The position numbers and the translations under genes are program-made. A model generated the notes under the pieces. The model was not told where the DNA came from. It saw only the letters and a list, made by a program, of their open reading frames with translations, and did no database searches. Shown here in pieces: positions 9,027 to 18,310 of a DNA stretch of 64,000 nt. Origin of the DNA: a virus (lineage: Duplodnaviria; Heunggongvirae; Uroviricota; Caudoviricetes); the IMG/VR virus record IMGVR_UViG_3300014204_000115, positions 51,637 through 115,636 of that record, one strand, 5' to 3'. How positions within the stretch are numbered: the first letter of the stretch is position 1; each line of letters begins with the position of its first letter.

Positions 9027-12000
9027 TTAAAATGTTAAAATTTCTTGTTTCTTTGTCAATAATGGTTCTAATAATAAATTATATCTATCAGTCCATGAAA
9101 AATTTAACATTGTTTTAACATCAATAATATAATAATTTGGAACAAATTCCACTTCTTCTGGTACAACTAATACATCTAATTTCACTCCTTTCTTAAGGAA
9201 ATTTTTATCATAATTTAATCTTACTTCATCTGGTGCCCTATCTAAATCTATACCCTTTAACTTAAATAGATAACCTCTTGCACCAACCTCAAAAGTTTTA
9301 AATTCTAGTTCATTCCATGCTACCATTCCACGTACCCCTTGTGGTAAAACTTTATACTCGTTAATTTTTTTTCCAAATGATACTGGTCTACCAATAACAG
9401 TATGTCCATTAGATATCAACTTTGCAAATAGTTTTTCTTTTTCTCTTACATATTCTAAAATTGGTGGTAATGAAAATCTTTCTGGTTTTAAAATTAATTC
9501 TAAAACTTCTTTTAAATATTGTTTAGTTGTATTTGCATAATCAGATCTTTTAGTATCTAAACCTTTTACATCAATTTCATCTTTTTTATTTCCCTCTTGA
9601 GAAATTACATAATTTGCATAATGTTTTGCTGATGTGTATAACCCTCTTTTTATAATAAATTCATTCTTTAAACTTAACCTGTTTTTATTATCTGATACAT
9701 TATGTTTATTTACTATTTTTTTTACAATATCATCATTTAAAAAATTTTGTACTTCTGTATTTAAATCATTTACAAACTTTATCTTATCCTCATTTGTTTT
9801 TGTTTTATCAATAATATGTTCATAACATAAGAATATAGAATCCGTATCTCCTGTCACAAGATTTTTAAATTTTATACCCATATTATCCGAAAACATTTGT
9901 TGTTTTGAAATATACTTAAGCTCAAATTCTTTTTTATTCTTTTTATCTTCAATATAGTTTTCTGCAGAAATCATTACATTTTTAATTGCTTCTTGACCAC
10001 TCAATGTAATTGATCTAGCTGAATCAACATTAAAGAATCTGAATACTTTATTTCCTAAAGCTCCATATAAACTATTAGCTAAAACTTTGTATACCAACTG
10101 TCTTGTATCATATAATTTTTCTTTTTCTTTTTCTCCACTATTCAAAGCTTCAAACATCTTCTTCTTATATATTTTTCTTGAACCTAATAACATTTCTAAT
10201 ACTTCAGCATAGAATGATAATTCATTATCATGCTTCTTAAAGAAACAACCATTAATAGTAAAAATTAATTCGCTAGATTTTATTTTATCTAACAATTGAT
10301 CCTTGGAGATAGTAACTTGTCTTTTTTCAAATGTTGGATCAAGAATTATATCAATTTGTTCTGGTAATTTCTCAGGATTATATGCTAAATCATAACCCAA
10401 TTTATAATCTTTTAATTTCATTACAAATGTATTAACACCAATATTATAAGTTAAAATTAGAGAAGGATATAGAGATGTAAAATCAAAATCAACAATATAT
10501 TCATGTACACCTACTAATGGAGATTGAACATATGCACCTTCAAATTTTTCGTCTTGTTCAATAATCTCTGAATTTTTAGAAGCAATTCCTTTTTCTTTCA
10601 AAAATGAAACTAACTTTGAATCGACTTGTCCTAATACAGATTTTGATCCTTTAAAACTTGATTTACAAATTCTTTTTAGTTCATCTTGGAAGAATACATG
10701 TTTTAGTTTTATATCTAATTCTTCTAATAAATCAACGTCATTTTTATTGTATAAAATTGCTCTGTTTACATCTGTTCTAAAAATTTCAGAAAATTCAGAT
10801 CCTTTTTCTGTCTTCCCTTTTTTTAATTCTAAATTACCAATAAAATCTAATGAATAACTTTCTCTTCCTCCAAATGTAAATTGTTTGTATAATTCCAACA
10901 TATCTAAAAATACAATTCCTGCAGCATCTGGAAAAAATTGATATTTATTATAATCTGCTTCGCCAAAATTTGACATCTTTGTAGCATCAACATTTATCTT
11001 TTTAGATCTATTAAAAATATATTGCATATCAAAGTCATTACTATACCAACCAGAAATTACATCTGGATCTAATTTTCTTACATCATTAAAAAATGTACTT
11101 AATAATGTAGTTTCAGAATTACAAACCATAATATCTTTAGATGATGTATCAATTACTTGATTTGTTATTCCTAAAATCTTTGGATCTAAAACTAATGATT
11201 TTTTAATATTATTATATGAATATCTAATAATAGCTATTGAATCATTAGCATCTTGAGCACTACTATGAACTCTTGTTTTTGTATAAGTTTCAATATCCAA
11301 AAACATAATATTCATTGGTAAATTTGGTTCTTCTTCTTTTTTTAATAAATAATAATCCATAGCATGTTTAGTTGTAATTTTTAAATCGCCTTCATATGTT
11401 ATCTTTGGATCTAAAGAATATTTTTGTTTATAGGAAACTTTTACCTGATTTAATTCATCATATTTTACAACTTTTCTAGCTTTAGATTCGTCATTAATTT
11501 GATAACAAACATATTCATCATTAGTTTTAAAATATTCTTTTTTATTATCTTTATCTCTAAATACATATAAAACTTCACTACTTTTACTTAAGAATTGAAC
11601 ATCGACTAACTTATAATCTGATGAATAATATTTATCTGGAACTTTATAATAAAAAACTCCCATTTTATTAGTATTATTAAATTTTGGTTTTTCATATGTC
11701 TCTTCAGTAGTTATACCAATTAACTCTGCAGCTTTTTTCATATGAGATTCAAAAGTAGGTTCTTGACTTTTACTTCTATTAATATAAGAAGGGTGTAGCA
11801 TTATTAAAACATCTATATCATTCCATTTAGAAACATTACCGCATATATTTGTTATTCCTGTTCCTTTTGGTAATAATCCAAAAGCAGATACTGGAGAAGC
11901 TCCTAACAATACAATTAGTTTTGGTTTGCATTCTTCAATTATTTTCATGCAATTTATCTTACACCTTTCAATAACTTCAGGTGTTGGGTTTCCTGTTGTT

Positions 12001-12290
12001 CCATCTGGGTTTAATGTTTGACATAATACAACATTTGTTAATAAATATTTTACTTTATTTAATTTATATTTTTCAAAATATTTTCTAAATAGTTTCCCAG
12101 CTTTTCCAACTAATGGTTTTCCAGATATAATTTCATCTTTTCCAGGATTTTCTGCAATAAATAATACTTCAACTTCACTTAAAATATCAACATTGGTTTC
12201 TAAAATACATGATGGTGACGAAAATAAAGAACATCCCATACAATCAGCAAATGAACTTTTAATACTAAACAAAAATAAATCTCCTTTCAT
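9027..12290 (-). CDS. polB: family-B DNA polymerase with N-terminal family-4 uracil-DNA glycosylase domain
   Basis: UDG4: CMGC, IAENPG, VGKAG, TNVVLC, IVLLG, HPSY; exonuclease: FLDIET, GWYSNDFD, YNKNDV; polymerase: DFTSLYPS, KVLANSLYG, GDTDS. Confidence 0.92.
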   Translation of the reverse strand: MKGDLFLFSIKSSFADCMGCSLFSSPSCILETNVDILSEVEVLFIAENPGKDEIISGKPLVGKAGKLFRKYFEKYKLNKVKYLLTNVVLCQTLNPDGTTGNPTPEVIERCKINCMKIIEECKPKLIVLLGASPVSAFGLLPKGTGITNICGNVSKWNDIDVLIMLHPSYINRSKSQEPTFESHMKKAAELIGITTEETYEKPKFNNTNKMGVFYYKVPDKYYSSDYKLVDVQFLSKSSEVLYVFRDKDNKKEYFKTNDEYVCYQINDESKARKVVKYDELNQVKVSYKQKYSLDPKITYEGDLKITTKHAMDYYLLKKEEEPNLPMNIMFLDIETYTKTRVHSSAQDANDSIAIIRYSYNNIKKSLVLDPKILGITNQVIDTSSKDIMVCNSETTLLSTFFNDVRKLDPDVISGWYSNDFDMQYIFNRSKKINVDATKMSNFGEADYNKYQFFPDAAGIVFLDMLELYKQFTFGGRESYSLDFIGNLELKKGKTEKGSEFSEIFRTDVNRAILYNKNDVDLLEELDIKLKHVFFQDELKRICKSSFKGSKSVLGQVDSKLVSFLKEKGIASKNSEIIEQDEKFEGAYVQSPLVGVHEYIVDFDFTSLYPSLILTYNIGVNTFVMKLKDYKLGYDLAYNPEKLPEQIDIILDPTFEKRQVTISKDQLLDKIKSSELIFTINGCFFKKHDNELSFYAEVLEMLLGSRKIYKKKMFEALNSGEKEKEKLYDTRQLVYKVLANSLYGALGNKVFRFFNVDSARSITLSGQEAIKNVMISAENYIEDKKNKKEFELKYISKQQMFSDNMGIKFKNLVTGDTDSIFLCYEHIIDKTKTNEDKIKFVNDLNTEVQNFLNDDIVKKIVNKHNVSDNKNRLSLKNEFIIKRGLYTSAKHYANYVISQEGNKKDEIDVKGLDTKRSDYANTTKQYLKEVLELILKPERFSLPPILEYVREKEKLFAKLISNGHTVIGRPVSFGKKINEYKVLPQGVRGMVAWNELEFKTFEVGARGYLFKLKGIDLDRAPDEVRLNYDKNFLKKGVKLDVLVVPEEVEFVPNYYIIDVKTMLNFSWTDRYNLLLEPLLTKKQEILTF

Positions 12291-12353
12291 TCCAATTTAT
12301 TATTTGTTCCATTTTAAAAAATAAAAATCCAAAAATCATTTAAAAACAACCAT

Positions 12354-12367
12354 CTATATATATTAAT
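12354..12367 (+). promoter_or_regulatory. class I upstream motif (variant CTATATATATTAAT)
   Basis: one of 9 copies; precedes 12425. Confidence 0.6.
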
Positions 12368-12424
12368 TTGTGAGAAGATAAAGTTTGTCTATGTGTTAAC
12401 TTATTTTTTAACCTAATTTTAGAA

Positions 12425-13114
12425 ATGGAGGATTTAAGAATGGGGTTTGTACAACAAACAGACTTGGTTAAAGCTTTTGAATATTTTGATTTGAAAGACA
12501 AAAAATTTGATGTACCAAAAATCATTAATAGATTCCTAAAGGGAAATGTTAATGATGAAGAAAGAATTGGTTTTAAGAATAATCTCTTAATCCATCTGAT
12601 GGAGTCAAAGAGGTTGAGTTGGGATTTAACAATTCCGGTTAAAAATCATTGTACTCATTGTGGCGGTAGGGGATTTGATGTTATTCTTTTTGCAATTGAA
12701 AAAGAAAAATGTCATCTCCGTATTTCAAAAGATTCGCAAGGAAAGACAATCTATTCCGGATGTAATGGAACTGGTTGGAAAATTGGAGAATGTCGTACCT
12801 GCAGTGGAACAGGTATATTTCAAGAGAATCTTTGTCCAACTTGTTGGGATAAGGTTACTTCTAAATCTCGCGGAACTTATCTCTACAAGAAAACAAATTT
12901 TTTCGAAGGAAAAAAATGTCTAATCTGCAATGGAACAGGGGAAGTCAACAAACTTGTTCAGAGAATGACAGATATTCAAGATGCTCGTATATGTAAAAAA
13001 TGTAATGGAAGTGGAATTTTGACTGAAATTGGAACCTCGGTTATCAGTAGTGCAATCGCTGATAAATTGAAAAACATGATTTCAGAAAATGCAGCTATGG
13101 GAAAAGTTGCTTAG
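12425..13114 (+). CDS. multi-repeat DnaJ-type zinc-finger protein
   Basis: about six CxxCxGxG-like units (CTHCGGRG, CRTCSGTG, CLICNGTG, CKKCNGSG and others); class I motif upstream. Confidence 0.75.
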   Translation: MEDLRMGFVQQTDLVKAFEYFDLKDKKFDVPKIINRFLKGNVNDEERIGFKNNLLIHLMESKRLSWDLTIPVKNHCTHCGGRGFDVILFAIEKEKCHLRISKDSQGKTIYSGCNGTGWKIGECRTCSGTGIFQENLCPTCWDKVTSKSRGTYLYKKTNFFEGKKCLICNGTGEVNKLVQRMTDIQDARICKKCNGSGILTEIGTSVISSAIADKLKNMISENAAMGKVA

Positions 13115-13181
13115 GTATTATTTTCATAAATAAAATGCACTATTATGATTGACAAAAATAATTCAAAGTCATAGAATTTTA

Positions 13182-13709
13182 TTATCGCACCTCTATGACT
13201 TTGAAATTATTTTTTAAAAAGTCTTTAACAGTTTCTTTTTCTTTTTTTGTTGTCTTTTTTAAACCCTTTTGCTTCTTAACTGTTTCTTGTTTTTCCAATC
13301 CTAATGAATAATAAATTTTATCTTTTTCTTCCATTTTATCAACCATAGTACAAAGAAGAGCGACATCGTTTCTTTTAAAAAGCGGAATCTTTCTTCTTAA
13401 TGATTCAAATAGTTTAGTATTTTTTGATCTTGGAATAAATGGTAAACTTTTCCTTTGGATTTTAAAATCAATTACACATTTTTTTATAAATTTCATTAAT
13501 TCTTCTTTACTTAAATAATACAAACTAATGTTATTAAAATATTCATTCAAGAAATGATTTAATTTTCCTTGATTTAAAAATAATGAAATCATGTATTGAT
13601 GGTTAATTGGTGATTTATAACTTAATAAATCAGGAATCCCTTTACCTTGCGGAATTGGTGATTTTATATTTGAATCAAAAATCCAATCTTGAAAAGTTTT
13701 ATATGGCAT
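13182..13709 (-). CDS. hypothetical protein (weakly reminiscent of the clamp-loader small subunit gp62)
   Basis: 175 aa; size and Lys-rich C-terminus only. Confidence 0.4.
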   Translation of the reverse strand: MPYKTFQDWIFDSNIKSPIPQGKGIPDLLSYKSPINHQYMISLFLNQGKLNHFLNEYFNNISLYYLSKEELMKFIKKCVIDFKIQRKSLPFIPRSKNTKLFESLRRKIPLFKRNDVALLCTMVDKMEEKDKIYYSLGLEKQETVKKQKGLKKTTKKEKETVKDFLKNNFKVIEVR

Positions 13710-13711
13710 TA

Positions 13712-14434
13712 TTATCTAATAGTCTCCTGAACTTCATATATCATTCTTAGAATATCTAAATCATCCTGAACACAAGTTAATCTGGATATTAACATTTCTC
13801 TTAATTTTCTTTGTAAATCTAATTCTTTCTGTAAAAATAAATTATTTTTATTTGTTATTAATTGAGATTCTAATGTTTGGATTCTTTGATTTCTATTTTT
13901 TAATTCTCGATGAACATCAAAGTGCCAATCAGAAAAAACAATTTTTATAGTATTTGGAGAATCATTATATCTATCTAATGTAGAATGATGCAAAACCCAA
14001 TTATTGGTATATGTAGTTCTTACAATAAATTCAAACTCTGGATGATCTAACAACCATACTAAATTTGGTCTTGATAAATAAATTGATCCTTCTTTATTTT
14101 TTCCATGTTTTAATTCCATAACTGGTGCTAAATCAGGATTAGTTTTACTACCTCTTTTATGTTTTCTAAAATTACAATTTAGGTCTTTACTACAATTCAT
14201 CGGTCGAATTCCGTCTTCTCCAGAACAAATATAACATTCAGGTTTATTAAAAAGTTCTCTATAATCTTGAGTTATTTTTGTAATGCAATTAATGTTGTAA
14301 TCAAAGGAAAAAACATGAAATGGATCATAAGGTCTATTATTATAATCTAATAATCCATTTTTGTGATTTAGCCTGTGTTCTTTTACAACTTCTAAAATGC
14401 TCTTTCCGGAAATACTTTTTTTCAAACGTTTCAT
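13712..14434 (-). CDS. putative HNH-type endonuclease
   Basis: WVLHHSTLDRYNDSPNTIKIVFSDWHFDVH resembles the HH..ND..NL..H motif. Confidence 0.5.
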   Translation of the reverse strand: MKRLKKSISGKSILEVVKEHRLNHKNGLLDYNNRPYDPFHVFSFDYNINCITKITQDYRELFNKPECYICSGEDGIRPMNCSKDLNCNFRKHKRGSKTNPDLAPVMELKHGKNKEGSIYLSRPNLVWLLDHPEFEFIVRTTYTNNWVLHHSTLDRYNDSPNTIKIVFSDWHFDVHRELKNRNQRIQTLESQLITNKNNLFLQKELDLQRKLREMLISRLTCVQDDLDILRMIYEVQETIR

Positions 14435-14522
14435 CTTTAAATCTCCTTATGAAGTTAAAATATTTGGACATATGTCCATTACAGTTTTTCTCAATGAAAA
14501 ACCACTCATTTTTATTTAAAAT

Positions 14523-15470
14523 TTAAATCATTTCACTTATAATATTTTTATAAAAATCTTCACATCTATCTTGACACAATAATTTTTCTAAAGGTTTATT
14601 ATCTTTTAAATTCTGCCATATTTTTACAGCTAATTCATCATAATTATCATATAAAAATTCTCTTGGTAATAGTTCAGGAAATGCTAATCTATTGGGAGCT
14701 AATACAACTGTTCCATTCATTACTGCTTCCATAATTGAATAGTTGAATGTGTCTTCTTTACTAGTAATTAATAAAATTTTTGCTTGACTAAGGAATTTAT
14801 AATATTGTTCCCATGTATTACATTTTATTCTAATTATTTTACTAAAATCTTTTTCAACTTCTTTTTCAATTGATTTAGTAATTTTTTGAGGATTTGGTCT
14901 TGCTACTGAAATTATATCATAATATTTCTTTTCTCTGTAAGTTTCATAAGGAGGAATTGGTAATCCAATAACTTTAGTATTATACCAAAACTTTCTATTT
15001 TTATTAACTAATTTTCTTTGATGATAATAACTACCAATAAAAATCTTTTTAAATAATTTTGAATGAGATAATTCACATGAATATTTTAATTTTCTTACTG
15101 GTTGAAAATAATCAAATCTATTTAAACTTGTTGCGTGACAATATGCAAAAGAATTTTTAATTGGTTTATGATATAAAATATTTGCAAATAAACCAGGAAA
15201 TGATAAATCAGAAAGAAATAAAGTATCATCATTGTATAATTTTAATTTTAAAAAATCAATAATTTGATTTTCTTCAAAATAGATTGAATTTTCAATAGGT
15301 GCAAACATACCAGAACTTCTAATTGGATCTTCAAATTGTTTTAGATAATTATCCCCTAATACTATTACTTCATCAAATTCTTTTTTAAATTGTTTTGGAA
15401 ATTCTTCAAACCAAGTTTCTTGATATCTTAACCTGGTTGGAAATTGAGGAACAAATATTAATCTTCCCAT
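14523..15470 (-). CDS. GT-B (GT4-like) glycosyltransferase
   Basis: EDTFNYSIME (Ex7E), AVMNGTVVLAPNRLAFPELL. Confidence 0.8.
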   Translation of the reverse strand: MGRLIFVPQFPTRLRYQETWFEEFPKQFKKEFDEVIVLGDNYLKQFEDPIRSSGMFAPIENSIYFEENQIIDFLKLKLYNDDTLFLSDLSFPGLFANILYHKPIKNSFAYCHATSLNRFDYFQPVRKLKYSCELSHSKLFKKIFIGSYYHQRKLVNKNRKFWYNTKVIGLPIPPYETYREKKYYDIISVARPNPQKITKSIEKEVEKDFSKIIRIKCNTWEQYYKFLSQAKILLITSKEDTFNYSIMEAVMNGTVVLAPNRLAFPELLPREFLYDNYDELAVKIWQNLKDNKPLEKLLCQDRCEDFYKNIISEMI

Positions 15471-15796
15471 TTATTTTCCTCTATAATTTTTAATATTTCA
15501 TCATGAGTTGGAATAAATCTTTTATTTTCAAAATCATAATACCTAAAGTTTAAGTGTTTTATACTGGCTTCTTCTTTATTATCTGTAACGATATTTGATA
15601 TAGATAAATGATTAATAGTTTCTCCATTTTTAAGTTTAATAAAATTTTCATCAATAATTTCTTCTACTCTACTTATTAATACATGAATATCAACTTTATC
15701 AATATGTTTATGATAAACAATATATAAACCAACTTTTATTAAATTTGGATCAATTGTTGGTTTAATCCATTTTTCTATTATTTTATTGTAATTCAT
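15458..15796 (-). CDS. hypothetical protein
   Basis: 112 aa ORF in operon. Confidence 0.6.
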   Translation of the reverse strand: MNYNKIIEKWIKPTIDPNLIKVGLYIVYHKHIDKVDIHVLISRVEEIIDENFIKLKNGETINHLSISNIVTDNKEEASIKHLNFRYYDFENKRFIPTHDEILKIIEENKWED

Positions 15797-15800
15797 ATTA

Positions 15801-16253
15801 CTATCCTTTCACAGTTTGTTTACAGTTACTACAAGAATCACCTTCTCCACAAGAACAAATTTTAACTGGCGATGTTTCTATAAAAGTATATTTATTGTTT
15901 ATTTCTAGAGGTACTAATTCATTCTTAATAATTGCATTTTTTATTTTTTCCCAAGTTTCTATTTTTAATTTTCCATGTGATAAATATTTGCTCCTAATCC
16001 AATCTTCTCCTGTTCTTGATTTTCTATTTGAAACCATGCAACTTAAATATGATTTTAATGGATTTTCTCTTTCTATTGCAACAATAGAATAACGATATGA
16101 ATCTGTATAAATATATACTTTAATATATACTTTATATTTTTCAAAATAAGATACTGGGGGCGAGTCTGATCTGCGTTCTTCAACTTTAATATATTTTGAA
16201 TTATCATAACAAATTTCTTTTAACCATTCTTTAAAATCACTAATACTACTCAT
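15801..16253 (-). CDS. hypothetical protein
   Basis: 150 aa ORF, SD AGGAG, ends in TAG. Confidence 0.65.
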   Translation of the reverse strand: MSSISDFKEWLKEICYDNSKYIKVEERRSDSPPVSYFEKYKVYIKVYIYTDSYRYSIVAIERENPLKSYLSCMVSNRKSRTGEDWIRSKYLSHGKLKIETWEKIKNAIIKNELVPLEINNKYTFIETSPVKICSCGEGDSCSNCKQTVKG

Positions 16254-16263
16254 TTTATTCTCC

Positions 16264-16440
16264 TTATTCTTCAGATTCTACTATATAACATTTTTCTTTT
16301 TCATCTAATTTTAATGTTTTTAAAAGACCATTCCATGTTTTTATAACTAATTTACTCTCATCTTTACTTTTTGAAATAACATCTAAATCATAATAACTTT
16401 TAACTCCAAACATATTCTTAGCAAGAACTGATTCTGTCAT
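16264..16440 (-). CDS. small hypothetical protein (58 aa)
   Basis: manual translation MTESVLAKNMFGVKSYYD...VESEE*; SD AGGAGG and class II motif upstream. Confidence 0.6.
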   Translation of the reverse strand: MTESVLAKNMFGVKSYYDLDVISKSKDESKLVIKTWNGLLKTLKLDEKEKCYIVESEE

Positions 16441-16483
16441 AAATCTTTAATTCCTCCTATTTTATTTTTTGTTCTATAAAAAT

Positions 16484-16714
16484 TTATTTTATACCCTTCT
16501 TTTTCCAACTGTATATTGCATAACAATCAAATAAAAAAACGTATATATTTTGAAGTAAAAAATAATTATGGTTAGTGGTATAAGCAAAAATTATCCAAAA
16601 AATTGTAGCTACAATTAAAATCCACATTCCAATTAATCTAGGAATTGATATTATTGGAATACCAATTAATGTTAGAATTGTAGCTACAATTTCAAGACAT
16701 GTTACATTATCCAT
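16484..16714 (-). CDS. small membrane protein, PnuC-like
   Basis: two to three hydrophobic helices, ends YAIYSWKKK; ORF track starts at 16732. Confidence 0.55.
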   Translation of the reverse strand: MDNVTCLEIVATILTLIGIPIISIPRLIGMWILIVATIFWIIFAYTTNHNYFLLQNIYVFLFDCYAIYSWKKKGIK

Positions 16715-17196
16715 CTGCAATAACCTTCCCATAGGAAATATTTATATTCATACTTCCAGAGACTCTTTTGACTAGGATAAACTTTTTCTAATAAACGTTT
16801 CTTTCCTTTAATATCTTTAACTTCATGAATATAAGGAGCTTGCATATTGACGTTATAAAAAACAACATTTAAACCTTGTCTTAATAATTTTTCTCCTTCT
16901 GCTCCCCATTTTCTATGATCAGGATGAAACTCAAATATTGGATCTGGAAAATATAAAACATTATTTGGATTTAAAAACATATTAGGAATACTTTTTTGAA
17001 ATAATTGAACTTGAATATTTTCAATATGTGTTTTTAATTTTAAAGATTCTTTTTTTCTTTCTTCGTCATCTTGCATATAAATAACAATTGGTTTAATAAT
17101 TGGATTTGAAATTACCTCCCAACATCCAATAATTTCATCATCATAGTGAGGCGCAATAATTATAATATCAGACTTCTTATTTTCCTGCATTTTCAA
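16702..17196 (-). CDS. PIG-L/LmbE-family de-N-acetylase
   Basis: IIIAPHYDDEIIGC and FHPDH metal motifs. Confidence 0.8.
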   Translation of the reverse strand: MKMQENKKSDIIIIAPHYDDEIIGCWEVISNPIIKPIVIYMQDDEERKKESLKLKTHIENIQVQLFQKSIPNMFLNPNNVLYFPDPIFEFHPDHRKWGAEGEKLLRQGLNVVFYNVNMQAPYIHEVKDIKGKKRLLEKVYPSQKSLWKYEYKYFLWEGYCRWIM

Positions 17197-17503
17197 TCCT
17201 TTCTTTACATTTTTTACATCTTCTTTTTAATTCTTCAATATTTTGTTCTATATTTACATAACCTGTTTCTATATAATCAAATTCTTCTATTGGACTTTTA
17301 TGATTATAATTTCTTGTTGAAAAAGATTTAGCAAGTTCATCATGTCTTTTTTTAATATTATGAACTTCTACCATCCCTTTATCTATGTATCCTTTTAATG
17401 AAATTCCTTTTTTTAAACAACCAATAAACATATGCATTTCTAAATGTTCACCAAGAGCATGATTTCTGCATAAATATTCAACTGGTACATTCCACATTCT
17501 CAT
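17177..17503 (-). CDS. pyrimidine-dimer DNA glycosylase (T4 endonuclease V-like)
   Basis: MRMWNV..YLCRNHALGEHLEMHMF..RHDELAK..RNYNHKSP. Confidence 0.7.
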   Translation of the reverse strand: MRMWNVPVEYLCRNHALGEHLEMHMFIGCLKKGISLKGYIDKGMVEVHNIKKRHDELAKSFSTRNYNHKSPIEEFDYIETGYVNIEQNIEELKRRCKKCKERIENAGK

Positions 17504-17567
17504 AGATAAACCTCTTTTTATTTTTATGTTCTAATTATTAAAAAAAATATCCTTTTTAAGTAAAATA

Positions 17568-17581
17568 CTACATATATTAAT
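17568..17581 (+). promoter_or_regulatory. class I upstream motif CTACATATATTAAT
   Basis: exact copy; precedes 17600. Confidence 0.75.
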
Positions 17582-17599
17582 ATTAAAATAAAATAGGAG

Positions 17600-18259
17600 G
17601 TGGTTGTTGTGTCTAAACCTATCGTTAGAACTCTTCAAACTGAATTGATTAATAAAATGGGTGCAACAGGGAAAGATAAATCTTCCTATCTTATTGACGA
17701 TTCAAAAGGTGAAATGCAAGAAAGAATTGCAGAAGTAAATAAAATGAGAAGGAGAACAACAAGAATGAATCAGCAACCAAAAAACTCGGAAGCGGCAGCA
17801 AAAAGAGCAAAAAAAGAATTAACTACAAGTCAGATTTTAAATCTTCTGTATCAGGGCAAGTTTACCTTTGATGAAATTTATGAGAAACTCTATGGTACGG
17901 GAACGAGGATCCAATCAAAGGTCAAATACTTACAAAACATGTTACAAGAGGTAAGAATTCGTACAGATGAGATTGTCAGAACAGTCAAGCAAAAAGACAA
18001 AGATGGAAAACTTATCCGATATTGGGGAACCCATAACTACGAAGGTACTCTAGATGCTCTAAAAGATAAGTTCAAGAGGACAAAAAGGAAATTCAAGAGG
18101 TCGCCAGAAGCAGAAGATAGGAGGGCAGCCAAACAAAAAGAAAAATCAAAAGAAAAGGAAATCGTTATTCCCAATCTGGTTGTCAAAGGAAAACATGGAG
18201 CGGAAATCAATATCAAGGCGGAAGGCTTTGAGATTACTATAAAAATTACCAGAGAATAA
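17600..18259 (+). CDS. basic hypothetical protein, possibly DNA-binding
   Basis: GTG start with SD AGGAGG, class I motif upstream, Lys/Arg-rich. Confidence 0.7.
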   Translation: MVVVSKPIVRTLQTELINKMGATGKDKSSYLIDDSKGEMQERIAEVNKMRRRTTRMNQQPKNSEAAAKRAKKELTTSQILNLLYQGKFTFDEIYEKLYGTGTRIQSKVKYLQNMLQEVRIRTDEIVRTVKQKDKDGKLIRYWGTHNYEGTLDALKDKFKRTKRKFKRSPEAEDRRAAKQKEKSKEKEIVIPNLVVKGKHGAEINIKAEGFEITIKITRE

Positions 18260-18300
18260 AAATATTAGGGGAGAAATAAACACTCTCCCCTAATATTTTT
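18258..18300. terminator. bidirectional intrinsic terminator between convergent genes
   Basis: AAAAATATTAGGGGAGA-N9-TCTCCCCTAATATTTTT. Confidence 0.8.
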
Positions 18301-18310
18301 TGTTTATTTT

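Noticed and set aside
9027-12290. Non-canonical polymerase motif TGDTDS, or an intein/intron in polB or the helicase
   Set aside because: T4-like PolBs also lack the Tyr before GDTDS; lengths and motif spacing leave no room for an insertion, and no splicing motifs were seen.
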